Positions 24,661-35,412 of a DNA stretch of 64,000 bases are shown here, piece after piece. How positions within the stretch are numbered: position 1 is the first letter of the stretch; each line of letters opens with the position of its first letter. Under the pieces are notes generated by a model. That model was not told where the DNA came from and made no database searches. It saw nothing but the letters and a program-made list of their open reading frames with translations. A program made the translations under genes and the position numbers. The DNA is from Marsupella aquatica (Eukaryota; Plantae; Marchantiophyta), in assembly GCA_973895155.1 (NCBI GenBank), contig OZ316899.1:13643934-13707933 (forward strand). The letters run 5' to 3'.

Positions 24661-27574
24661 AAATATAGGGGTCTGGATTTCAAAGATGCTCTAAGTCATC
24701 CACCCTCACCGAGATGAGACCCTCATTCCTTTGGTGTTATGTCACCGACCCCAGCCAAGGTTTTTCCAATGCAAGCAACCACCTGATTCGAAAGGAATTG
24801 AGTAATACCTGATGGGGTCTTTGTTGGAGTGCTTATAGAATCTAACTAACTGGCCTCGGTGGATTGTTCCTTGTCGACCTTCTTCTCGCCTCCTTCCTTT
24901 CGGGCCTTTTTCCCATCATAGGCTGGGTCCATTGGGAGTATGGCCTCCAACGCTATTGCCTGGGCCATAGAGTCCGTCAATTGTCGCAGCTTGGATATAT
25001 CGTAGTAATTTGTAGGCTCCTGTTGGTCCTTCACCTTCATTGCACACTCCTTCTCAGCATCATCGATAAAAGTATTCTAGTCACGGTATTCCATATACCA
25101 TGGGCAGTTTTGACGTTCCCAATCGCAGACTACTCTGCCATTAGGAATTTGGCCATCACATGGATACATGCTAAGGCTCCCTTTCGGCTCCATCCAAGAT
25201 GTGAGTACCCATGGCAGCTCTTTCAATACGGATGCATTCATGTTCTCCTGATTGATTAGAAATCTTGTCACGCACCTCTTTGTTTGCTTTTTCCACAATT
25301 CTTTTAACAGGACCGTGGCCTTTTCGTCAATCCAAATTTCCCCGCCTAGTTTCAGTGATTTCTCTTGCACATAAGCTCGATAAAGCCTTCTGTATAGCTC
25401 TGCAAATTCCTCCTCTGTCCCGGAAAACTCACGGTACATCTGTCTTTGGTAGGCCTTTGCAGCAAAATTGGTCAAAATCACAAAACCAACGTGGTCAATG
25501 TAACACCACATTGACCAGACGGCTAACCAGGATCTAATTGCAGCATCACCATTGCTACGTGGATGGTGATACATACTCTTCTCCTCCTCCATTCCAAAAT
25601 GAGCTTTCAATAGCTTTACTTTGCACTCTGCAGTTACCCAAGCCCCAACAAACAAGCGGACCCTGTCCAAGCCAACTTGTACATTCATCACACCCTGCTT
25701 GGCGTCCTTTGACAACTTGTGATACAGCTGCCGACATACCGGCATGAACTGGTCTCCATTGGCCGGATTCACGCAGGCCGCAAGCTTGGGGAACTTGTTG
25801 TCCCAGGCTTTGCATGCAACAATAATCATTGCCTCCGTCTCCTCCTCAGTTCTCTTCACACTCCACGGGTGCCCACGAGCTGCGTCTTGTGCCATCTCCT
25901 TGGAGATATTGATTCGTCCCGCTTCAATGTTTGACCAAGACATGATGTACACAGCGGCTTCTTTTGTCATATTCTTCGAGTACCAAGTTTTCCCATGTCC
26001 TCAATTTTGGGCCTTCATGAAAGCCTCCATTGTCTCCTTTGACATGAGCGAACTGTACTCCTCCAATGGAGTGTTCAATAGCTTTGCAACCCAATCAGCA
26101 TCATTAAACCAGGACGTCTTCACGACAGTTGCACTTATCCTGAAAATGACAAACAGTACTCATAGCGGCAATTTCAGAGAGGCTCTCCAAGATGGCACAC
26201 AAGGTTTACACAAACGGGTAATCACATTTTGCAAAAATACGCGAATGAGAGTACTTACGAGTTGAGAGCGTGCATTGCTTGCTCAACCTTCTTGAATCCA
26301 TCCTTCCCAGCGTTCGAAAGAGAGAATCTGACGCACGGATGGTATTGCAATTGATCCGGATACTCAGAAGCAACTACGGACCAGGCTGTGTATCTGTGGT
26401 TTCCATCAAAAACCCAAAATATCTTGTCCTTAAGGACTTTGAACTCCTCTGATGCATTGCACTCTTACTCAAACTGTTCATTGAGCTGAGTCCATAGAGG
26501 GTCCCAAAATGGCTTGAAGTCTGTCACTGTCTGTGTTTCTCCAATTTCATTGAACTCAGTAATGTGGAACTTGCTGAGCTTCACAACATAGCCGCTCTCT
26601 TTGAATCCTTTTTTTAATTTTGCAACCGACTCATCCTGAAGATACCTCACTGCCTCCATTGGCATGAGCCGGCACAAGGGGATCCGGGGCGGATCCTTAC
26701 TAAACTTTGTCTCATACTTGGAGACGATAGACTCCCAGACTCCCTTCTCAGCAATATCAGCCAATTCCGCCGCTCCAATAGGCTCAAATGATATTTGCTT
26801 TGGCTCAAACTTCCTCCTGGAGTCGATTGACTCCATAAGTGGACCACCCTATGAGCGCGTCAGTTGAGACGTGACTGGTGAAGGAGACTTGGATCGTGGT
26901 TTCTTACTCCGCTGAGAAGTTTGGTTGTCGGCAGGTCCAGCTCCAGTCGAGTCTTTCATCTTTGGCATTTTGACCTTAGATTACATGAGAAATGAAAGAG
27001 TTATTACTCGGCAATAGCTCGACCTATGACAAGATCTCAGCGAGCCCCGCCGAGAGAGCTAGTTTTCAAGGATACACGGGGTCAAGCCTCTCACACATTT
27101 GATTCATCTACAAATGGATTTGACATATCAAGAAAAAGGGGGAGCCAAGAGAAAAACCTGAGAGAATCACCAACGCTCACGGCAAATCACTGTCGCAAAT
27201 GCTCACAAAAAATGTTGCCGCAAACGCTCACGAAGAAGCTACCACTACCTCACTGCCTCAAAACACCAACGCAATCCAATAGACACAATAACAGGGTTGC
27301 ACAGGAAAGTTTACCGTGAGTGGGATGACTAAAGAAGAGCGGGAACAACGCAGATGTGAGCGCGGAGAAGTGAGAGATTGCACAGACCAATATGCGAAGA
27401 TTGAGGAAGAGCGCGGATTAGAGCGCGAACAAGCAAGGGATTGCGCAAAAGAGTGAGGCAGAGTGAGAAGGTCCGGAGATTAGTGATAAAGACGAGCGCC
27501 AAACCTAAGGTCACACCGTGGAAGAGTGACGAGGAAGGAATGACATCCACTTCAAGGAATAACGCACCGGTCGC

Positions 27575-27735
27575 ACGTACTGCACAACACTAAAGTACGC
27601 AATAGATACGGGAGATCCTAACTATACTTCGATACGTACATGTTGTTAACGGCCCAAACAAGAAAGTACACAATGCTAACGCGAGTACTGACCACCACTA
27701 ATACGAGAGAGTTTAGGGTACATTTAGGGTACAAT
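27575..27735. promoter_or_regulatory. GTAC cluster upstream of ParB-MTase gene B
   Basis: 7 GTAC in ~160 bp. Confidence 0.4.
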
Positions 27736-27987
27736 TAGGGACTTTGGCCTACAACTCAAATGAGTCCGAATGTAGGAGACCCTCGCAGTCATTTCATTCC
27801 GAGGCCTATTGAGACGTGTCAACATCTCGGTGCGTCAGCTCAAAGAGGAAATGGTTGCCCACATGCATTATCATTTGGGTGGCTTAACTAAAAGAGGAAA
27901 TTGGGGTTAAGAGAAGGGGGAAGAGCACAAGTCAACAAGATCAAGGAGGGTTTGTTGGAGGAGACTTAATAAAGGCGGCCAATTATG

Positions 27988-28016
27988 TTTAGGGTTTAGG
28001 GTTTAGGGTTTAGGGT
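27988..28016 (+). repeat. Interstitial plant telomeric repeat (TTTAGGG)4
   Basis: Read directly. Shorter tracts occur at ~44245, 44545, 44820 and 45457-45480. Confidence 0.9.
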
Positions 28017-28212
28017 AAAATATGAGAAGTAGAAAAAAGTCCAACACTAGCAAAATTCACGGTAGAAAAGTATGCCTCTTGGGTCAAAAAGGTCGCCAGC
28101 CTCTCGGAGACCCTCTCTGAGATGGAGTCGTGGGCGTACTTTGGCCAGATGACACCACTTGTGGGCCCTGTTAACAGTTTCAAAGGGTTAGCTACAACAT
28201 ACACTGTGTCTC

Positions 28213-29602
28213 TGTCGTATAGTGCTAAGTATCAAAAGTGACTCTCCTCACCTAAAACCAGGGTTTCGATCCCTTTAAGAACAGATTTCAGAATGAATTG
28301 TATAACTTTTATCACTCCGAGTGATTTAGAGTCTTGAGCTCTATGTTGACTTCACTTCTCAATAAAAAAATCGAATAAACAAACAACAAAGTAACTGAAC
28401 TTCTGATTTATGAATTAGAGAAGAAATGAGTAAGGATTTAGAGACTACAAGCTGCTACTGCCACTCCTTCAGAAAGGATTTGGGCTCAGTATAGACATGA
28501 AATCTATCTCATAATTCATCCATCTCACTCTTCAAAACACAAAGGTTAATGATAATGGAATTCTCAATCTGATGAAGCAGAAGCTTTCTGATTGCAAATG
28601 AATGATATGATTTAAAATGCCGTCAACATGGTTTGACATCAGCGATACGCAATTCAGTCAAACTCTAAACCATATTCCAGAATCAAAGCAACAGTACTAA
28701 CTACTCTGAGAATCAGAATTTACTTCTCATTTATCATTAACTATTCTTGAATTGGCTAGCGAATCCCGACTCTGCAAGCAAGCCTAGCAGTGAATTCAAT
28801 ACGAGTTTCAGAAATCTGCAACTGAATTCAATCACCACAGGAATCTCTTGAATTCAATCTTAACTTCAATCAATATAGCTTTACTTCCATACAAAACACT
28901 CACAGCATGCCTTGTTACAATGGAAGGAGGAGAAAACTATTCAGAAGACTCAATTCTGAATACAGTATTAACTCTATTTCTCTCTACTTCAAATGAGCAT
29001 TCTACTCTGTCTTATAAGTGCTGGAATCCTAAAATGGAGGAGGTAAGAACAGTCGTGCCTTTCCAAGCTTAAAACTAAACAAGGGAGAAGCACAGCATAA
29101 GTACTTCAACAAGGGTGGTAGAATACTACTTTACTAGTAATCTACTTCAAAAACTAAGTGTTGAGCGGACGCTGCTAGAAGCGTCGGGAGAATCTGGACG
29201 CTGCTAGAAGCGTCTTAAGTAAAACCAACGGACGCTGCTCACACTGCTCACAGCGTCAATACTAGGGTGGACGCTGCTCACAGCGTCGTGTGTTGAAGCT
29301 GACGCTTTCCACAGCGTCGGTCGAAATCCTCATAGAGTCTTGGTGGCGGTCGGGCACTGCCAAAAGCGTCATGAGGAGGTTGGACGCTTCCGCAGCGTCT
29401 TGAGTAAAAGAAACGGGCGCTGGTCACAGCGTCGGGCAAAGTACACTAGGAATCGTCAGGAAAGCCGGAGATGTCAAATATTTCTATAAGTGTCCAGAAC
29501 AAGTAAATGTTGGCCGGAAGGTGTCTAAAGTGTAAGTAAATCTTGTGATATGCTAAAAATAAACAAGTTTCCAGAAAAAATTGCAGGGACACCCATACCA
29601 CA
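28213..29602 (-). repeat. 3' LTR
   Basis: TG..CA ends; matches 35413-36802 at an offset of exactly 7200. PPT TTTAAGTGGAGGGCTA (29603-29618, minus strand). Confidence 0.97.
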
Positions 29603-29679
29603 TAGCCCTCCACTTAAATTTCGCCGTGTCCCCACAAGACATGACCGAATTGAATCAGAAGCGAGTGACATGTTCTTCA

Positions 29680-31140
29680 TTAATAATATTCTGGCTTAAT
29701 AATCCAAGTAGTGCTCAAAATCATTGACGGGAGTTGGGAGATATCCGAATCCAGAATATAAAAATCGAGGTCATGGAATTCTTCTCCGATCTGTATTGGG
29801 ACTCCTTTAACTCTTCCCCAAAGATTAATGATTCGTCCATCGATTGATATCTGAGCAGATATCGGTTGTACTTCTTGATGAACAAATTGCTGGCACAGTC
29901 TGTGGGAGAGGAAATTAATTCGAGAGCCTGGATCAATAACAAAGTGTTGAATAGCATGTCCTCCCAGTTTGATCTTGCCTTCAAAGGAATGTTGGAAAGC
30001 ACGGGGTAAAGAATTCCAACAATCCATAGTAGCTTTGATGTCCCACATGAGCAGAAAAGCACGAAGCTGCTTTAAATCGGTCGGTGGTTGCAACTCCATA
30101 ATTACTCTAACCTTCTCTGTATCAACCTCAATGCCGCGTTGTGAAATAACATGGCCTAACAAAATTCCCTCCTTCATACCAATAAAGCACTTTTCTGGAT
30201 GAAGACACAACTGAGCCTCTCTACACTTCTGAAATGTCTTCTCCAAATGGACGAGGTGTTCAGCCGCTGACCCGTAAACACAAAAGTCGTCAATAAAAAT
30301 CTCCATGAAATGCCGCAAATATTCTTGAAAAATAATCATCATAATGCGCTGAAAAGTACCCGGGGCATTACACAGCCCAAAAGGCATCATGGTAAATGCA
30401 TATGTACCCCAGTCGGTGGTGAACGTAGTCTTGTCGCGATCCTCCTTCCGAATGGACACCTGGTTATAACCAGAGTACCCATCTAAAAAACTGTATAACT
30501 CATGCAAGGCCACTGAATCAAGTACCAGATCAATAAATGGCAAAGGATAATGATCTTTCCGAGTGGCAGCATTCAACTTCCGGAAGTCTTGACAAACGCG
30601 AATTTTCGTTTTACCATCGGGTCCCGGCTTTTTGGGGACAATGACAATTGGTGAGACCCATTCACTACTCAAGACCGGGTAGATAAATCCAGCAGTCGTG
30701 AGCTTGTCCAACTCGTCTTTAACCAGGATGGAATATTTGGGATTCAAACGGTACTGTCTCTGTCGGACAGGTACTGCTCCTTCCATAAGGTCAATACGAT
30801 GTTCGCCCAAATGTGGATGGATACCTTTTAAATCAGAATGACTCCAGGCAAAGACATCTTTATACTGGGTTAATAAACTGATATACTGTTCCCGTAGCTC
30901 TCCTTCGATATGCTTACCAATATTCAAAAACTTGCCTGGCTCAATTTCGATTTTCTGACAAGCTTTTGGATCCACAATTCCATCCGTGAGGTTTGCCGGC
31001 TGAAGTCCAAGTTTGGATACTTCTGGTGCAAATGGCTCAAGGGTAGCTGACACTCCCATATCATGGTGTAAATCCCTATTAGCCTCAGTATTAGGAGGTT
31101 CGTCTGCTGCTGGGCCCACTTCCGATGATGAAGTTAATTG
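29680..31140 (-). CDS. pol: Reverse transcriptase (3'-deleted pol) fused to a second aspartic-protease-like domain
   Basis: RT motifs RVCQDFRKLN, LDGYSGYNQ, MPFGLCNAP and FIDDF. After LRAFL (~30051) it switches to FVIDPGSRINFLS. In frame with gag across a single TGA. Confidence 0.88.
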   Translation of the reverse strand, partial: QLTSSSEVGPAADEPPNTEANRDLHHDMGVSATLEPFAPEVSKLGLQPANLTDGIVDPKACQKIEIEPGKFLNIGKHIEGELREQYISLLTQYKDVFAWSHSDLKGIHPHLGEHRIDLMEGAVPVRQRQYRLNPKYSILVKDELDKLTTAGFIYPVLSSEWVSPIVIVPKKPGPDGKTKIRVCQDFRKLNAATRKDHYPLPFIDLVLDSVALHELYSFLDGYSGYNQVSIRKEDRDKTTFTTDWGTYAFTMMPFGLCNAPGTFQRIMMIIFQEYLRHFMEIFIDDFCVYGSAAEHLVHLEKTFQKCREAQLCLHPEKCFIGMKEGILLGHVISQRGIEVDTEKVRVIMELQPPTDLKQLRAFLLMWDIKATMDCWNSLPRAFQHSFEGKIKLGGHAIQHFVIDPGSRINFLSHRLCQQFVHQEVQPISAQISIDGRIINLWGRVKGVPIQIGEEFHDLDFYILDSDISQLPSMILSTTWIIKPEYY

Positions 31141-34100
31141 TCAGGAGGGCCTAGTTGGTTTTATGGGAGCATCAGACAGATAAACTTCCAAGTAACGAAC
31201 TTCCTCCAGTTCAAATTCCAATGGCTGCAGGACTAGCGAAGAGGTCGAAAAATCCGAGGTGTACCCATCATCTGTTTGTGTTTCTCCAAAATGTGGTTCC
31301 GGAACCCAACTAACAGTCACCTTAGGCTTCCCAAATGAAAGCTCTTGAGATTGCCAATTAACCTGAACTTGAGCCTTATACAACCATGGTCGGCCTAACA
31401 AAACAGGAAAGCTGGATGGTATTTCCGGATTAATAACCACATAATCCAACAGAAAAGGGACACCAGCAATCAAAGTTTCTACTTTGGTCAGCTTCCCTAT
31501 GGGTACCACACGAGACTGATCCGCCATGCGCAAAATCTTGGGAGTGGGCTCAAACTTAGTGAAACCCAAATTAAATGCTGCTGACTGTGTAATCAGATTA
31601 ACGCTGGCTCCTCCATCCACAGGAACTCTCCGAATGACACACCCCTGGATTTGAACCTCAATTTCCATCGGTCCTTTGTCCTCCCACTCTGTTCGTAGCA
31701 CATCCACAGAAGGTAACTTCTTCTTCCTCCGTTTTCCTGCAAGGAGGCTCCTCAGCTGTCGCCTATAAACCGGATTGTCCTGTAATAATTCCCCAATGGT
31801 GATATGTGCAGGATGATTCTTGACATCTTCAACAATATCATAACCTGGATTTTTCAGTGGCTCTTTAGCTTTGACTACTACTGGTGGGTTAGGAGATTGC
31901 ACTTGCTCCTTAACTAGCTCTTCCAGATGGTCTTTCACTTCCAAAGAGATGTCGGGCAAGAAGTATTTTGGGTCATATCGGTCATAAGCAGGGTCGTCTT
32001 CTTTGTCGAGGCCTTCCTTACATGGCTTGCGCCCTTCATCCTTGGGAGCTTTCGCGACCTTCTGATGCTCGTGCTTCTTGGTCTCCTTTTTCTTCGAACG
32101 AGTAGTTGCGTAAATATTAGTCAGAACTTTATCCCGATTCTGAACTCGATCATTCGGCATACCAACTACTTCAGGTTTCACTAAATGACTTACCAAGACA
32201 TCAGGCACCACCCCGGATACTGGTTGATGAAAAAGTGAATCTGGCTTTAATTCCACCCGATTTACATCCATATGTTGAATGAAGCTGCATTGCTCCATCT
32301 CTTCAGAATAAATCATCCGAATCTTGGCTTCAGGTCGACTTGCTTCTTTAACTGGCTCTTGAGCAAATCGAACCATCAGCCTAGGCTTAGCCGGATTCGG
32401 GCATTCCACCGGTAAGTGTCCTTCTTTTCCACAGTTCCCACAGACAGGTGTATACCCCACCTCCTGTTTGGGATAAGGGCACTGGGGTGAATAATGATCA
32501 GGTTGGCCACAATTCCAACAAGCCCCTTTTTGACGCGGCATTCCTCGTGGTGGGTATCCTCCCGGGGGTCCCATGGGTGGTCTTGACGTTGGTTTATTGA
32601 AAGTGGGCTTAGGTGGTCCCCAAGTCGGTCTGGAAGCAGGAGGTGGTGGGAAATACTGTCCAGGGGGTGCTGTTTGGACGGTATACGTGGGATCGTACTC
32701 ATACTCCTCAGCCTCTTCTTGACCATCTACATAATTCACCGGGGTTCGTAATGTGGGGCACTCGTTCGGGTAATGGCCCTGCTGACTGCATCGGGTGCAC
32801 CATACGTTCATTCTCATGGGAGCAGGCAACCTTCGTACTGGTTTTACCGCGGCGATATTGACATTCAACTTGGACAATTGGCCAGAGAGTTCTTCCATCA
32901 TGCGATCCATCTTCTTCTGGTTGGGAACTTTATTATTCCCTTTTACAGAGGATTTCTTCTTTTTAGGAGCAACGGATTCTGAGTCGGAACTTGAGCTTGA
33001 ACTATCACTAGTGCTCGAATTTGTACTCTCGTCCTCCTCACTAGTGCTACTTTCACTTGATTCCGTCTCCGAGTCAGATTTAGACCTGGACGTTTTCTTC
33101 TTCTTTCTTTTGTCTTTCTTCAGGTCCTTCTTAACTCGTTTTCTCTCTGAAATCTCCGAGTCTACGTACTTCTGGGCTGCCTCTTGTACTTCTTCCAAAG
33201 TGGTGCCACCTTCTCGTCTCACGTAACGAGCAATCCTGGAGGGTAAACCGTTAATAAACCAGTCCTTGATAGTAGATTTCGAGGTAGCTGGATTATATTG
33301 ATCTACCAAATCCAATAATTTGTCGGCATATTTCCTCACAGACCCATGTTTCTTCATGTGCAGATGTGAGATTCGGGCAAAGGCACGCGCAGCTGCTCCT
33401 TCTTCTTTATATTTGGCCAAGAAAGCAGCCTTCAATTTCCCCCAATCCTGCTTGTCCGGAAAACGGTCATACCATTTCTGAGCACCCTTTTTCATTAGAC
33501 CACCAAACAGATTGGCTTTTTCAGCGTCTTGACTCTGTCCATTGGATGCAGCTGCAGCTTCAAATTCTTTCAAATACACCTCTGCATCCTCCTTGGAAGT
33601 ACCGAAGAACCGGTCGTACCTCACATTATTTCGAGCCATCGTGGTTGGAGCTAGGAGGGTAACGAAAGGAAGAGCTGATCGGGTAGCAAATGGGTTTGGG
33701 CTGCCCAAGCCTGAACTGCTGCTTGTCTCACTAGAAGACGAACCACCGGCTTCACTCAGTGGTTCTGGATTATCCAATTGTGAAAGATCGACAGAATTAT
33801 CTTGGGCCAGCGATTCTGCAACTGTATTCTCGGGCAAACCCAAATTTCTTCCTTCGGTATGAGATAAGGCCCTCTCAGTGGTACTATCCACACCAGAGTC
33901 AATTTGGTTCACCGAACGTACTGTCTGCTGGCGGAGCTTGGTCTTTTGAGAACCAATAAGTTTTGGACCTGAACGAAGATTTACAAACAGGGGTCGGGTC
34001 GACGTGGGCCTTTCCAAAGAGCCACTTGCCTCTTGAATAGATCCCACTTGTTTCCACACACTACCCGGTGCAGGTGCTCCTGGTGACTGGAATTCGGGTA

Positions 34101-34194
34101 ACAATGTGCGAGGGGTCACTACTAATTTTGCAGCATCCGAATTACTGGAGGTCTTGGTAGGTTTTCTTTTATTCGGTGGATCTCCCTCAGACAT
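31141..34194 (-). CDS. gag: Gag (three CCHC zinc knuckles) plus aspartic protease
   Basis: Retrotransposon gag-like core; CTRCSQQGHYPNEC, CWNCGQPDHYSPQC, CGNCGKEGHLPVEC; protease VDGGASVNL; uninterrupted 1017 aa. Confidence 0.93.
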   Translation of the reverse strand: MSEGDPPNKRKPTKTSSNSDAAKLVVTPRTLLPEFQSPGAPAPGSVWKQVGSIQEASGSLERPTSTRPLFVNLRSGPKLIGSQKTKLRQQTVRSVNQIDSGVDSTTERALSHTEGRNLGLPENTVAESLAQDNSVDLSQLDNPEPLSEAGGSSSSETSSSSGLGSPNPFATRSALPFVTLLAPTTMARNNVRYDRFFGTSKEDAEVYLKEFEAAAASNGQSQDAEKANLFGGLMKKGAQKWYDRFPDKQDWGKLKAAFLAKYKEEGAAARAFARISHLHMKKHGSVRKYADKLLDLVDQYNPATSKSTIKDWFINGLPSRIARYVRREGGTTLEEVQEAAQKYVDSEISERKRVKKDLKKDKRKKKKTSRSKSDSETESSESSTSEEDESTNSSTSDSSSSSSDSESVAPKKKKSSVKGNNKVPNQKKMDRMMEELSGQLSKLNVNIAAVKPVRRLPAPMRMNVWCTRCSQQGHYPNECPTLRTPVNYVDGQEEAEEYEYDPTYTVQTAPPGQYFPPPPASRPTWGPPKPTFNKPTSRPPMGPPGGYPPRGMPRQKGACWNCGQPDHYSPQCPYPKQEVGYTPVCGNCGKEGHLPVECPNPAKPRLMVRFAQEPVKEASRPEAKIRMIYSEEMEQCSFIQHMDVNRVELKPDSLFHQPVSGVVPDVLVSHLVKPEVVGMPNDRVQNRDKVLTNIYATTRSKKKETKKHEHQKVAKAPKDEGRKPCKEGLDKEDDPAYDRYDPKYFLPDISLEVKDHLEELVKEQVQSPNPPVVVKAKEPLKNPGYDIVEDVKNHPAHITIGELLQDNPVYRRQLRSLLAGKRRKKKLPSVDVLRTEWEDKGPMEIEVQIQGCVIRRVPVDGGASVNLITQSAAFNLGFTKFEPTPKILRMADQSRVVPIGKLTKVETLIAGVPFLLDYVVINPEIPSSFPVLLGRPWLYKAQVQVNWQSQELSFGKPKVTVSWVPEPHFGETQTDDGYTSDFSTSSLVLQPLEFELEEVRYLEVYLSDAPIKPTRPS

Positions 34195-35388
34195 CCCTCA
34201 TTCTCCAAGCACGGGTGATTTTGAGACACCAGACCCGCTCCTCAGGAGTCTTTATGCAAGGAGTCACCATTTAGGTGCGACGTTATCACCCCACTCCGGG
34301 AGATATGAACCTGCTTCCTCAAAGTGACTTCCCGTAGCGTCGTTCAACATCCCTTGCATGATTCCTCCCCCTTGCTATCCCGTAGCTAATACTTCCCTTC
34401 AGTGACCAGCCGAGATTCTAAAACCTCGTTTTCTCTGGTGCGTCCTTCAGGTTGAGACGCGGAAAGGCACACCAGAAGCGTCGCGCACGTTGGTTCGTCA
34501 CAGATTCCACCGGACGCTGCTCACAGCGTCCACTGGGATCGGACGCTACTCGAAGCGTCCTGACTTGCGGAATCTTCTGGGACGAATCGCATTGGACGCT
34601 CTTCGCGGCGTCCTTCCTTATCTCCTTTACGGTGGCGATTACTGGAACCGGGCGTTCCCCATAATCTCCGACTTCCTTCACCCTGAAATTTCTTTACCAC
34701 ATGGTACGCTACACTAGGCCATCCTACTAATCAGACGTCTAACTCCTTCCTAATCTTCTACGCAATTCCTGGTGCATGATTCTTTCCGCTAACTCCCGAA
34801 TGGAAATGACTAAATATCACTCCTGTGTGATCCTACCATTCAGCCTTAATATTACTAAATGCAAACTTTCATCTTCCCACCAGGTGATAGTTAACCAATG
34901 TATGCCATTCCTCCCTCTCAGGCTCAGAACCCAAGAATTAACATAACGATTCCTCAAATTCCTAATTCTTAATGTTCCCAAAGATCGGATAGGTGGCATC
35001 GGTCACACGAACCAGGATGGTTGGACAATTTTACAAATCATACGTCCCGAGCAACGTTAGAATAACTTCACTTGTCACTCAAAGTGTCTTTGGTGTCTTC
35101 GACTATCTCCAAAGCAACTTGACGAGCAACAGCTCCTCTCTGTGAGGCCTTTTCTGGTGGGAGGGCGGTTTCTTCTCTTAAGTTTGGCACCACAAATTTT
35201 TCCAATACTCTTAAGAGAGCTTCCGGGGCGCTTTGGATAGAGTACGGCATCACCTCGAAATGGAAGCTCTTCATCTTTTTAACTGGAGTGATGACGCATC
35301 TTCACAATTATAGTAGAACGTGAATTCCTCTCCCGTCTAGCTCCTTCTGGCATACACTGCCTGTACGTCAATTCAATCTTAAATTCGT

Positions 35389-35406
35389 TCCCCGGCAGCG
35401 GCGCCA
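35389..35406 (-). promoter_or_regulatory. Primer binding site TGGCGCCGCTGCCGGGGA (tRNA-Asp type)
   Basis: Lies 6 nt inside the 5' LTR and resembles the Athila-type PBS TGGCGCCGTTGCCGGGGA. Confidence 0.8.
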
Positions 35407-35412
35407 AAAAGA

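Larger units (their letters stand above)
21100..26968 (-). pseudogene. Spliced ParB/Srx-like plus MTase-like gene with Ulp1-like tail (copy B)
   Basis: PPRIPLCRLMPMEAVR..VAKLKKGFKESGY..IFWVFDGNHRYTAW; DADLILIHMG..FARDVLDSEGLFAIVH; LQCIIKYTTHPGATILNFNAHFGAIFKAGENCERMVFETE. Introns ~26258-26140, 24808-24363 and 22728-21717. Nonsense codons present. Confidence 0.75.

Noticed and set aside
27988-28016. Chromosome end or telomere-healing site
   Set aside because: Only four units, and element B sequence continues on both sides.
32376-33959. Antisense and overlapping ORFs over gag (and similarly over the copia pol)
   Set aside because: These are shadow frames of long low-complexity coding sequence with no independent motifs.
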